This document shows, piece after piece, positions 26,285 to 35,014 of a stretch of 52,141 bases of DNA. A program made the translations under genes and the position numbers. The stretch's first letter is position 1; each line of letters begins with the position of its first letter. Source of the stretch: a virus (taxonomy: Duplodnaviria; Caudoviricetes). The stretch spans positions 1 through 52,141 of the IMG/VR virus record IMGVR_UViG_3300031957_000416. One strand, given 5' to 3'. The notes under the pieces were generated by a model that saw nothing but the letters and a program-made list of their open reading frames with translations, did no database searches and was not told where the DNA came from.

Positions 26285-27347
26285 CTATAGTGGTAGTGTT
26301 CGTGTCAGGGAGCAGGTTAGTAGTCGTGCCTGCTCCCAAACTAAACTTACAACAATAGATTTATTTTCAGGCATAGGCGGATTCGCACTAGGCTTAGAAG
26401 GAACAGGATACTTTGAAACTATACAGTTTGTAGAGATGGATAAGTTCTGTCAAAAAGTATTAACTAAAAACTTTAAAGGAGTACCAATACATGAAGATGT
26501 CAAAACCTACAATCCCCCAACAGCTGACGTTGTCGTTGGAGGATTCCCTTGTCAAGGATTCTCAGTTGCAGGAAAAAGAAAAGGCACAAGTGATGACCGC
26601 TATCTCTGGCCAGAGATGTTACGAGTCATTAGAGAAGCAAAACCGAGGTGGGTTATTGGAGAAAATGTGCGAGGAATTATTAACATCGAAGACGGCATGG
26701 TATTCAAACAAGTGCACTCTGACTTGGAAGAAGAAGGCTTCCAAACAAAATGTTTCGTACTTCCAGCTGCTAGCGTCAACGCACCGCACCAAAGATACAG
26801 AACGTTCTTCATCGGACAAAGTATGGAGAACTCCAGACGCCCATTGCAGTCGAGGAGCATCAAGCAAGAAGAGAATGAAAAAGAAAATAAAGGAGGGACT
26901 GCCCATAAGTCTGAACGATCAGGTAGCACACGAGAAGATGTTGTGGCCAACAGCGACAACAGATACAACAGACAGGAAGAAGAAGTATGCACAAGGGGGA
27001 ACACCTCTAAGCCTGGCAGTGAAGATGTGGAGAACTCCTCAAGCATCAGATCACAAGAACATGGACACGGCAAATCAAGTGATGTTATCAACTCAAGTCA
27101 AGATGTTTCAGACACCTACAACGAGAATACACAAGGACAGTGGCAAGGGGAAGTGCGAAGTGAACAGGAAGTCTCCTACGTTAGCGATGCAAGCTGGTGG
27201 GAGTTTGAACCCCAGGTGGGTAGAGTGGCTAATGGGATTCCCGATAGATCACACAGACTTAAATCATTAGGTAATGCCGTAGTACCACAGTTAATATATC
27301 AATTAGGAAAAGCTATAGGAGTTGCGGAAGGACTTGACAAGAAATAA
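26265..27347 (+). CDS. DNA (cytosine-5) methyltransferase, catalytic (alpha-like) chain lacking motif IX
   Basis: Motifs I (DLFSGIGG), IV (GGFPCQGFS), VI (ENV), VIII (HQRYRTF) and X (LGNAVVP). Confidence 0.9.
   Translation: MVKPKASYSGSVRVREQVSSRACSQTKLTTIDLFSGIGGFALGLEGTGYFETIQFVEMDKFCQKVLTKNFKGVPIHEDVKTYNPPTADVVVGGFPCQGFSVAGKRKGTSDDRYLWPEMLRVIREAKPRWVIGENVRGIINIEDGMVFKQVHSDLEEEGFQTKCFVLPAASVNAPHQRYRTFFIGQSMENSRRPLQSRSIKQEENEKENKGGTAHKSERSGSTREDVVANSDNRYNRQEEEVCTRGNTSKPGSEDVENSSSIRSQEHGHGKSSDVINSSQDVSDTYNENTQGQWQGEVRSEQEVSYVSDASWWEFEPQVGRVANGIPDRSHRLKSLGNAVVPQLIYQLGKAIGVAEGLDKK
26491..27270 (+). CDS. Nested +1-frame methyltransferase partner (beta-like) chain
   Basis: AAAGGAG 9 nt before the ATG. 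Four W/F-x-T-P/A repeats. Motif IX-like LNPRWVEWLMGFP. Confidence 0.8.
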   Translation: MKMSKPTIPQQLTLSLEDSLVKDSQLQEKEKAQVMTAISGQRCYESLEKQNRGGLLEKMCEELLTSKTAWYSNKCTLTWKKKASKQNVSYFQLLASTHRTKDTERSSSDKVWRTPDAHCSRGASSKKRMKKKIKEGLPISLNDQVAHEKMLWPTATTDTTDRKKKYAQGGTPLSLAVKMWRTPQASDHKNMDTANQVMLSTQVKMFQTPTTRIHKDSGKGKCEVNRKSPTLAMQAGGSLNPRWVEWLMGFPIDHTDLNH

Positions 27348-27362
27348 CATTTGTGTTATAGA
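27334..27362 (+). promoter_or_regulatory. sigma70-like promoter for the replication genes
   Basis: TTGACA-17 nt-TATAGA with TGt extension, then a 6 nt gap to ATG 27369. Confidence 0.62.
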
Positions 27363-27368
27363 CCTTAT

Positions 27369-28166
27369 ATGAACTACCTAGATCAAATAAATATTATAAA
27401 AGATTTGTGTGTAGATGAAGGGCATTCCATAAGAATGGATTGCCCTTTTTGTATGCGTAACAATACTTTTTCTATATCCAAAGAGAACTCAAAAGTTTTA
27501 TGGTATTGTTTCTCTGCGTCTTGTGATGCAAAAGGATCTTACAATACAGAAAAAACTATGCATGATATACAGCAATACTTACATAGACCTGTAGATAATA
27601 TAGATATTTCATTTACTGTGCCAAGAAATTTTACATCTCCACATTCAAACGATAGATGTTTAAAGTATTTAAGAGATAACAATTCTTTTACTGCAATGTA
27701 TCGTAACATGGTAGATATTATGTATGATCCTGCAAGAGATAGAATTGTATTCATGATAAAAGATGGAGATGGCAAAACAATTGGTGGCGTAGGCAGAGCT
27801 TTAAAATCTATAACATTACCTAAGTGGTATGTGTATGGAAGTAGATCGTACCCTTTTATTTGTGGCAAAGGATCTACGGCAGTTGTTGTAGAGGATTGTG
27901 CGTCAGCTTGTGCAGTAGGAATAGATGAGAACTATTCAGGAGTTGCACTTATGGGTACCAGTTTACCAACAGAGTATATAGATATACTTCAAGACAAGTT
28001 TGATAATATCATAGTAGCTCTTGATAGAGATGCAACATCAAAGGCATTTGACATTGCCAAAGAATTAGGGTATAGATCTAAGAGTAAGGTGGTCATTTTA
28101 GAAGATGACTTAAAATATTTTGAACCCCAAAAGATAAGAGAGATGTTATGCAAGAACGACAGCTAA
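27369..28166 (+). CDS. DNA primase (Zn ribbon plus TOPRIM)
   Basis: CPFC...YCFSASC, VVVED and VALDRDA. Start moved from the track's 27351 to ATG 27369. Confidence 0.85.
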   Translation: MNYLDQINIIKDLCVDEGHSIRMDCPFCMRNNTFSISKENSKVLWYCFSASCDAKGSYNTEKTMHDIQQYLHRPVDNIDISFTVPRNFTSPHSNDRCLKYLRDNNSFTAMYRNMVDIMYDPARDRIVFMIKDGDGKTIGGVGRALKSITLPKWYVYGSRSYPFICGKGSTAVVVEDCASACAVGIDENYSGVALMGTSLPTEYIDILQDKFDNIIVALDRDATSKAFDIAKELGYRSKSKVVILEDDLKYFEPQKIREMLCKNDS

Positions 28167-29356
28167 TTAAATTACTACTCAAAAAAAATTTTTATGAAAA
28201 GAATAAAGGTAAAGTATCTAAGACTACATTTAGTAATGGATTAGGAAACTTTTTTTCTACAATAGAAAGAGCACATCATGATTATGAAGATGATCTAACT
28301 ATAGATGATCTTATAAATTTACATACAGAAAAGTATAATCCTGCACTTACAAGGGCAGCTAAATTAAACTTTGAAACTTTAGTACAAGAGATAAAGAAAG
28401 AGCAAGAGCCTAACGCAGCAGTTGCTTCAGATATTATTGAAGCTGTACATAAAAGAAACTTAGCACACAAAGTTGCAGTTATAGCTACAGATATATTTAA
28501 CGGACAAGACAAATCTTTTAATGAAATCAAACAGTTATTAGATGGCACAGAAGAAGAAGCAGATGAGCACCAATCAGTTACGGAAGATATACCAGAGCTT
28601 ATAGACTCATTAGATATACAAACTAAATTTCAATTTAACCTACCAAGTTTACAAGAACAAGTTCCAGGTATTGGACCTGGCAATTTAGTTATTGTGTTTG
28701 CAAGGCCAGAGTCAGGTAAGACTGCGTTCTGGGTTAATCTTGTTGGTGGGCTACAAGGTTTTGCATCGCAAGGTGCGAAAGTCTGTGCATTAATAAATGA
28801 AGAACCTGCAGTCCGTACTCAGATGAGAGTCATCAATGCACATACAGGCATGACAAAAGATGAGATAATAGATAATATGGATTTAGCAAAAGAAAAATGG
28901 AAGGAGATAAAAGATAATGTTAAACTTTTGGACACTGTTGATTGGACTATTGATGATGTCGATAGTTTTTGTAAGCATCACAGGCCCGATATACTTGTCA
29001 TTGACCAGCTAGATAAAGTTAATATGTCTGGTAATTTTACTAGAACAGATGAGAAACTTAGAGCTGTATACACAGGGGCAAGAGAGATAGCTAAACGACA
29101 CGAGTGTTGCGTGGTAGCAATATCACAAGCATCAGCAGATGCACATGGTAAGACCAGAATATCATTTGATATGATGGAGAACTCAAAGACAGGTAAAGCT
29201 GCAGAGGCAGATTTAATTATAGGGATAGGTAAGCACGGCACTTTAGATTCCTTGGATACTACTAGGGTTATGTGCATAAGTAAGAATAAGATATCTGGAT
29301 ATCATGGAGAGATTACTTGTAACATTGAGCCACAACTATCGAGGTACAGAGTATGA
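28148..29356 (+). CDS. Replicative DnaB-like (SF4) helicase
   Basis: Walker A ARPESGKT, ILVIDQLD, ISQAS, EADLIIGIG and KNKISG. Confidence 0.9.
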   Translation: MQERQLIKLLLKKNFYEKNKGKVSKTTFSNGLGNFFSTIERAHHDYEDDLTIDDLINLHTEKYNPALTRAAKLNFETLVQEIKKEQEPNAAVASDIIEAVHKRNLAHKVAVIATDIFNGQDKSFNEIKQLLDGTEEEADEHQSVTEDIPELIDSLDIQTKFQFNLPSLQEQVPGIGPGNLVIVFARPESGKTAFWVNLVGGLQGFASQGAKVCALINEEPAVRTQMRVINAHTGMTKDEIIDNMDLAKEKWKEIKDNVKLLDTVDWTIDDVDSFCKHHRPDILVIDQLDKVNMSGNFTRTDEKLRAVYTGAREIAKRHECCVVAISQASADAHGKTRISFDMMENSKTGKAAEADLIIGIGKHGTLDSLDTTRVMCISKNKISGYHGEITCNIEPQLSRYRV

Positions 29357-30153
29357 AAAAGCTAACAGTAATATCATTGGGTGCAGGAGTACAATCAAGT
29401 ACCATGGCACTAATGGCAAATAATGGCCTCATAGATCCTATGCCTACCTGTGCTATTTTTGCAGACACACAAAATGAACCCAAATATATATATGAATACT
29501 TAGAGTATCTAAAGGGCATATTAAAGTTTCCTGTGTACACAGTAACAAAAGGAAACATAAAAGAGGACATGCTAAAGCCCACTACTGGAGGTTATACCTT
29601 TCCTACTGCACCTTTCTATACTCTAAAGAATGGAAAGAAAGGCATGGTCATGCGGCAGTGCACAAATGACTACAAGATTCAAGTTATAAGAAAAAAAATT
29701 AGGGATCTTTTAGGGCTAAAAAGATATCAGCATGTAAAAAAAGATATGTTTGTTGAGCAATGGATAGGCATATCTACAGATGAAATTGCCAGAAAAAAAC
29801 CAGCCAGAGACAAGTTCATAACTAACAGATGGCCTCTTCTTGAAGAGACAATGAATAGGCAAGATTGCATTGATTGGATGAAAGAGCATGGGTATAAAAT
29901 GCCAGAGAAAAGTGCATGTAATATGTGCCCATTTCATGATGACAAATACTGGGCTAACCTTAAAAAGAATCACCCTGAAGAATTTGCTGACGCTGTTGAT
30001 ACAGATACCAAAGTAAGAAATCTTGGAAGAGATAAAGATGCAGAACTATTTATACATAAAACTTGCAAGCCACTATCTGAGGTTAAATTTGACACGGAAG
30101 AAGACCAATTAGATATGTTTGATAATGCCTGCGAGGGTATGTGCGGAGTTTAA
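29353..30153 (+). CDS. PAPS-reductase-like (adenine nucleotide alpha-hydrolase) protein
   Basis: PP-loop-like ISLGAGVQS, IFADT, RQCTNDYKI, WIGISTDE and KSACNMCPF. Confidence 0.72.
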   Translation: MKKLTVISLGAGVQSSTMALMANNGLIDPMPTCAIFADTQNEPKYIYEYLEYLKGILKFPVYTVTKGNIKEDMLKPTTGGYTFPTAPFYTLKNGKKGMVMRQCTNDYKIQVIRKKIRDLLGLKRYQHVKKDMFVEQWIGISTDEIARKKPARDKFITNRWPLLEETMNRQDCIDWMKEHGYKMPEKSACNMCPFHDDKYWANLKKNHPEEFADAVDTDTKVRNLGRDKDAELFIHKTCKPLSEVKFDTEEDQLDMFDNACEGMCGV

Positions 30154-30335
30154 TAGAAAGTTTAATAGACGTTGGCAGTGGCTTCTTACTTGCAACTGCA
30201 TTGCAGTTACTAATTTTCCCCTTCTTTGGTCTATACCCTAGTTTGACTGATAGTGCAGGTATTGCTATAACATTTACATGCATATCTATATTAAGATCCT
30301 GGATGTGGAGATTAATTTTTAGGAGAATAAAATGA
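30141..30335 (+). CDS. Small two-helix membrane protein
   Basis: SLIESLIDVGSGFLLA...FTCISILRSWMWR. Confidence 0.65.
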   Translation: MRSLIESLIDVGSGFLLATALQLLIFPFFGLYPSLTDSAGIAITFTCISILRSWMWRLIFRRIK

Positions 30336-32395
30336 TTACAGTATTAGACGTAGAAACTAGCTTTCAAATTAAAGATGGTGGCAAGGTAGATCCTTTACCA
30401 TTCAATCCAAATAATTGCCTGGTTAGTATCGGTGTTAATGACGAGTACTATTTTTTTAATCACAACCATAATAGCTTTGACATACAGGCTAATCATAAGG
30501 CAGTTCAAGATATTCTTGATAGGACTAAACTGTTAGTTGGTCACAATATTAAGTTTGATTTAGTATGGCTACTTGAATCTGGATTTAAGTATGATGGCAG
30601 ATTGTATGATACAATGATAGGTGAGTATGTATTATTACGAGGCTTGCGTAAGCCACTATCTCTAAAAGAGATATGTAAACGTAGAAGTATAGCACAAAAA
30701 TCTGATGCTGTAGATCAGTACATGAAAGACAAAATATCATTTGAAGATATACCTGTGGATATCATAGAGGAATATGGAAGACAGGATGTGGTATCCACTA
30801 GAGCTCTGTTTGATTCTCAGATGGCAGATTTTAAAAAAGAAAATAATAGATGCCTTCTTAAATCTGTAAAGATGATGGGAGAGTTTTTACCTGTGCTTGC
30901 AGACATGGAGATGAATGGTATAAACATTGACCTAGAGTCCCTTGATTCTGTGGAGCAACAGTTCAAAGAAGAGTTTGGATTACTTGCACAGCAGATAAAG
31001 AAAATAATATGGGAGAAGATGGGGGATACACCAATCAACCCATCAAGCACTGAGCAACTATCGTGGCTAATATACTCAAGAAAAGTTGTCGATAAAAAGA
31101 GATGGACTAATGACTTTAACATAGGCATAGATAAATTTACCAAGAGAAAAAAGAAACGGCCAACATTATCAAAGTCAAAGTTTAGGGATATGATAATGGC
31201 TAATACAGAAGTCATAAAAAAAACTACAGCGTCTCAGTGCAGTAGGTGTTCTGGTAAAGGCCTTATAAGAAGATACAAAGTTAATGGAGATCCTTACAAA
31301 AACTTAAGTAAGTGTGACGCATGTGATGGCGGCACTCTTTACTTAAAACTTAGCAGAACTGCAGGCTTTAATCAGTTTCCTATTGGTGTATCCGAAGTTG
31401 CAGAAGGTGGGTTTAAAACAGATAGGGATACCTTGAGACGATTGTCAATGAGAGCACAAGGAGATCTTAAAGAGTTTGTTGATCTTATCATCAGATACAA
31501 TGCAATTGATACATATCTAAATACATTTGTAAATGGTATGAGAGATCATGTAAATGCAGATAGCATACTCCATCCTAAGTTTATGCAATGCGTTACAGCA
31601 ACAGCAAGGCTATCCAGCAGAGATCCTAATTTCCAAAACCAACCCCGGGGAAATACTTTTCCAATAAGAAAAGTTATATCATCCAGGTTTAAGGGTGGTA
31701 AGATTATGGAGATAGACTTCTCACAACTAGAGTTTAGAACTGCTGTGTTCCTAGCACAAGACAAGCAAGGCATGAAAGATATTGATGATGGTGTTGATGT
31801 TCACCAGTTTACTGCTGACACCATAGGAGTTTCACGACAAGAGGCAAAGGCACATACCTTTAAACCTTTGTATGGTGGCATGTCAGGAACAGAAGATGAG
31901 AAAAGATACTACAAAGCATTTCTTGAGAAGTACAAAGACATAGCTAACTGGCATGAGAATTTACAGAGTAATGCCATACAATATAAAAAGATTAAGATAC
32001 CATCAGGTCGTGAGTATTCTTTTCCTTATGCACAGAGGCAAGCCTGGGGTGGATCTAGTTACTCTACACAGATTAAGAACTATCCTGTGCAGGGTTTTGC
32101 TACAGCAGACATAGTTCCTATAGCCTGCATTAATGCATATAAAATGATGAAAGAAAATAAAGTAAAGAGCTTACTAATAAATACTGTACATGACTCCATA
32201 GTAGTTGACGCACATCCAGATGAGTTTAAACTTATGACTTCTATTCTAGACAAGGCCACTGCTGGAGTTACAGATTATCTCTATGATGTGTACAATATAG
32301 AGTTTAATGTGCCACTTGACACTGAGTTAAAAATGGGGGATAATTGGTTAGATATGGACGAAGTAAATTTAAAAAAAGAAAGGATAGTCTTATGA
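30332..32395 (+). CDS. polA: DNA polymerase family A with 3'-5' exonuclease and DnaJ-like Zn-finger insert
   Basis: Exonuclease motifs LDVET and GHNIKFD. RLSSRDPNFQN, motif A DFSQLEFR, motif B RQEAKAHTFKPLYG, motif C TVHDS. Confidence 0.95.
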   Translation: MITVLDVETSFQIKDGGKVDPLPFNPNNCLVSIGVNDEYYFFNHNHNSFDIQANHKAVQDILDRTKLLVGHNIKFDLVWLLESGFKYDGRLYDTMIGEYVLLRGLRKPLSLKEICKRRSIAQKSDAVDQYMKDKISFEDIPVDIIEEYGRQDVVSTRALFDSQMADFKKENNRCLLKSVKMMGEFLPVLADMEMNGINIDLESLDSVEQQFKEEFGLLAQQIKKIIWEKMGDTPINPSSTEQLSWLIYSRKVVDKKRWTNDFNIGIDKFTKRKKKRPTLSKSKFRDMIMANTEVIKKTTASQCSRCSGKGLIRRYKVNGDPYKNLSKCDACDGGTLYLKLSRTAGFNQFPIGVSEVAEGGFKTDRDTLRRLSMRAQGDLKEFVDLIIRYNAIDTYLNTFVNGMRDHVNADSILHPKFMQCVTATARLSSRDPNFQNQPRGNTFPIRKVISSRFKGGKIMEIDFSQLEFRTAVFLAQDKQGMKDIDDGVDVHQFTADTIGVSRQEAKAHTFKPLYGGMSGTEDEKRYYKAFLEKYKDIANWHENLQSNAIQYKKIKIPSGREYSFPYAQRQAWGGSSYSTQIKNYPVQGFATADIVPIACINAYKMMKENKVKSLLINTVHDSIVVDAHPDEFKLMTSILDKATAGVTDYLYDVYNIEFNVPLDTELKMGDNWLDMDEVNLKKERIVL

Positions 32396-32484
32396 AAAAA
32401 TTTGAACGGTTTACACTTAGTTTATTTGATTTGCTAGTATTTGTGGCAATATTTGTTTTAGTTATTATTAATATAATTGCTTGA
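32392..32484 (+). CDS. Small membrane peptide (30 aa, not on ORF track)
   Basis: MKKFERFTLSLFDLLVFVAIFVLVIINIIA. ATGA overlap and AAGGA upstream. Confidence 0.5.
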   Translation: MKKFERFTLSLFDLLVFVAIFVLVIINIIA

Positions 32485-32517
32485 CATTTTTTATAAATTA
32501 TGATAATAAGGAGCATT

Positions 32518-32718
32518 ATGTCAAAAATCTTAAAAGCATTAACTGATCGCTATACTGCACAAATATCAGAAGCAAAAGCAGTACTAGAAATCTATGTAAA
32601 TAAATCTGTTGGTATTGGAGAACATCCCCAGCATATTGACGAGGTAGATAAATTAGTACAGAAGATAGCAGCTGCTAAAGAAAACCTTATGGTGATCAAT
32701 GAAATACAAGATATATAA
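32518..32718 (+). CDS. Conserved small phage protein
   Basis: SVGIGEHPQHIDEVDKL motif. AAGGAG RBS favours the ATG at 32518. Confidence 0.72.
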   Translation: MSKILKALTDRYTAQISEAKAVLEIYVNKSVGIGEHPQHIDEVDKLVQKIAAAKENLMVINEIQDI

Positions 32719-32739
32719 ATCAACAAAAAGGAGGACAAT

Positions 32740-33591
32740 GTGATGTCTAACAATGAAGTGGCTAACATAGACGGTCTATCGCAAGATCAGATCATGTCTA
32801 TGATTGGCCAAGAGAAATCTTCTACTGGCAACTTCTTACCGAAGCTAGCCATAAATAGATTTCCAGAAAACGATGATGGTGCGGAAGTGCCAGTAGGATC
32901 ATACGGTGTGTATGTTCCTGAACTAGATAGTTACGCTTATGGAAAGCCAGTAACTTTTAGACCATTCATGAATGCATATCAGTATATGAAGTACGATGCA
33001 GACAAGAATGAATACAGCAACAGAAGTATAATCTTTAAGTCTTGGAAAGATGAGGCTATAGATATACAAGGTGGCGTGAGATGTGGTAAGATACCAGCAA
33101 AAGAACTTGCTAATATTTCTGATGAAGAAAGAATGAAACAGAAAGCGATAAAGTGTTATCGTTTAGTTTATGGTTTAGTTTCTTTTAAAGGTACAGTGCC
33201 AGGAGGAGACACAACAGAAGTAAAAGACTTACCTGTGTTGTGGAAAGTAACAGGCAGTAACTTTAAACCTGTTGGAGAGGCTATAGAAAGTCTTAGACGC
33301 AGAGGTAAAGTAATGTTTAATCACACACTTGAACTTAAAACTATGAAGAAGAAAGCAGGCAGTAATGTATTCTATGTCTCTAATATATCAGTCAATCCAG
33401 AAGAGGTTACGTTCACTGATAAAGAAAAAGAAATTCTCTTATCTTTTCAAGATGTTATCAATACTGAGAACGAAGAAATAGTAGAGCTCTGGCGTGCTGC
33501 TAAGAAGGCATCTCCTAGTACAGCGGATGCAAAAATCATAGAAGTAGCAGACGATCTAGAAGGCGATCCAGCGGAGATACTTGCTTCGTGA
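32740..33591 (+). CDS. Putative ssDNA-binding / annealing protein
   Basis: 283 aa between the polymerase and exonuclease genes, acidic C-terminus, strong RBS. Function inferred from position. Confidence 0.55.
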   Translation: MMSNNEVANIDGLSQDQIMSMIGQEKSSTGNFLPKLAINRFPENDDGAEVPVGSYGVYVPELDSYAYGKPVTFRPFMNAYQYMKYDADKNEYSNRSIIFKSWKDEAIDIQGGVRCGKIPAKELANISDEERMKQKAIKCYRLVYGLVSFKGTVPGGDTTEVKDLPVLWKVTGSNFKPVGEAIESLRRRGKVMFNHTLELKTMKKKAGSNVFYVSNISVNPEEVTFTDKEKEILLSFQDVINTENEEIVELWRAAKKASPSTADAKIIEVADDLEGDPAEILAS

Positions 33592-34481
33592 GTTCAGACA
33601 TCCTAGAAAAAGTTAGGGTGTTTCTTGAGGCCGCATCGAAGGATGCGGTTGAGGTATCCGATGATTTGATTGACCAGTTTGGTAAGGCTTGTGCTGATTC
33701 ATTCCGCAAGCAATTTACTGACCAAAGAAAAAAAGAGTTTGGTCTTAGGGCATCAAACATCGGAAGACCTTTATGTCAACTGCAAATGGAAAAGAAAGGT
33801 GTTAAAGGAGAGTCACAGCCATATAATTTTAAGATGAGAAATTTTTTTGGTGACTTAGTAGAGCAAGCTGCTATGATAATTATGAAAGCATCTGGAGTAG
33901 AGATACAATCAGAGCAGACAAAGACAGAATATAAACTTGATGGCACAAGTGTAAATGGCACACTTGATGTAGAGATTGAAGATAAAGTATGGGATATTAA
34001 AAGTGCATCTCCCTGGTCATTCACTAATAAGTTTGGAGAGAACGGTGGGTTCCATGCAGTAGCAGATGATGATCTGTTTGGATACCTAGCACAGGGCTAT
34101 ATGTATGCAGAGGCTAGACAAAAACCATTTGGTGGGTGGATAGTAATTAATAAATCTACAGGAGAGTGGGTGCTAACAGAGGCACCAATAGCTGATGATG
34201 AGTATAAAGAAAAAGCAATTAGTGATATTGACAATAATATAAGAGCTATAACTTTAGACAAAGAATTTAAAAGATGTTTCAAAGATGAAGATGAGTACTT
34301 TAGAAAGCAGAAGACAGGTAATAAAGTTCTAGGTACGGCATGTAGTTTCTGCCCTTACAAGTTTCCTTGTTGGGGAGAAAACTTGCAGATGCTGCCACAA
34401 CAGCAATCGCAAGCTAAAAACCCTAAATGGGTTTGGTATACTAAGGTTAATAATCCTAGGGTAGAGGACTATGACTCCTAG
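33588..34481 (+). CDS. PD-(D/E)XK exonuclease (Cas4/RecB-like)
   Basis: LRASNIGRPLCQL, GTLD, WDIKSAS, YLAQGYMY and CSFCPYKFPC. Confidence 0.82.
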   Translation: MSSDILEKVRVFLEAASKDAVEVSDDLIDQFGKACADSFRKQFTDQRKKEFGLRASNIGRPLCQLQMEKKGVKGESQPYNFKMRNFFGDLVEQAAMIIMKASGVEIQSEQTKTEYKLDGTSVNGTLDVEIEDKVWDIKSASPWSFTNKFGENGGFHAVADDDLFGYLAQGYMYAEARQKPFGGWIVINKSTGEWVLTEAPIADDEYKEKAISDIDNNIRAITLDKEFKRCFKDEDEYFRKQKTGNKVLGTACSFCPYKFPCWGENLQMLPQQQSQAKNPKWVWYTKVNNPRVEDYDS

Positions 34482-34830
34482 TATACGCAGTAGAAAAGCC
34501 AAGGGGCGAAGGCTTCAAAACTGGGTTAGGGACGCACTACTTGGTGCGTTCCCTAGCTTAAAGGTAGACACAGATGTATGGTGTGCTATCATGGGAGAGT
34601 CTGGTATAGACATCAAGCTCTCTGAAAAAGCCCAAAGGTTATTCCCATTCTCTATTGAATGTAAGAATAAGGAAACTTGGAAAGGATTGTATGATGCTTA
34701 TGACCAATCAATTTCAAATTCTAAACTAGAACCTGCCGTAGTTTTAAAAATGAATGGCAGGAAACCCCTTATAGTACTTGACTGTATGTCATTTATAGGT
34801 ATTATAAAAGAAACAAACAAAGGAGAATAA
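34471..34830 (+). CDS. Holliday junction resolvase-like PD-(D/E)XK endonuclease
   Basis: KAKGRRLQNWV, MGESGIDI and SIECKN. Confidence 0.75.
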   Translation: MTPSIRSRKAKGRRLQNWVRDALLGAFPSLKVDTDVWCAIMGESGIDIKLSEKAQRLFPFSIECKNKETWKGLYDAYDQSISNSKLEPAVVLKMNGRKPLIVLDCMSFIGIIKETNKGE

Positions 34831-34831
34831 A

Positions 34832-35014
34832 ATGGTAACATTTCCAAAAGATATAACTGACGAAGAGATAGAACTTATGTCAGAGAAAATACAAGAAGAG
34901 CAACAGCAAGCTATTGATGAGCTTAGATTCAAAAGAAAAAAACTTAAAGAGACTGGGGTTCCAGATGATGATGATAGTATCGTTGGCATTGATGAACTTA
35001 TGCATAACATATAA
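34832..35014 (+). CDS. Hypothetical protein
   Basis: 60 aa with AAGGAG RBS. Confidence 0.65.
   Translation: MVTFPKDITDEEIELMSEKIQEEQQQAIDELRFKRKKLKETGVPDDDDSIVGIDELMHNI

Noticed and set aside
26600-27091. Minus-strand ORFs over the MTase (163 and 95 aa)
   Set aside because: They have no RBS or motifs and are expected by-products of a region already open in two plus frames.
26491-27270. Sequencing frameshift or pseudogene as the explanation for the split MTase
   Set aside because: Both frames are open throughout, motif X remains in the first frame, and the nested ORF has its own RBS.
33588-34481. Cas4 as evidence of a CRISPR system
   Set aside because: No repeat-spacer array or other cas genes were seen. 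This nuclease type is common in phage replication modules.
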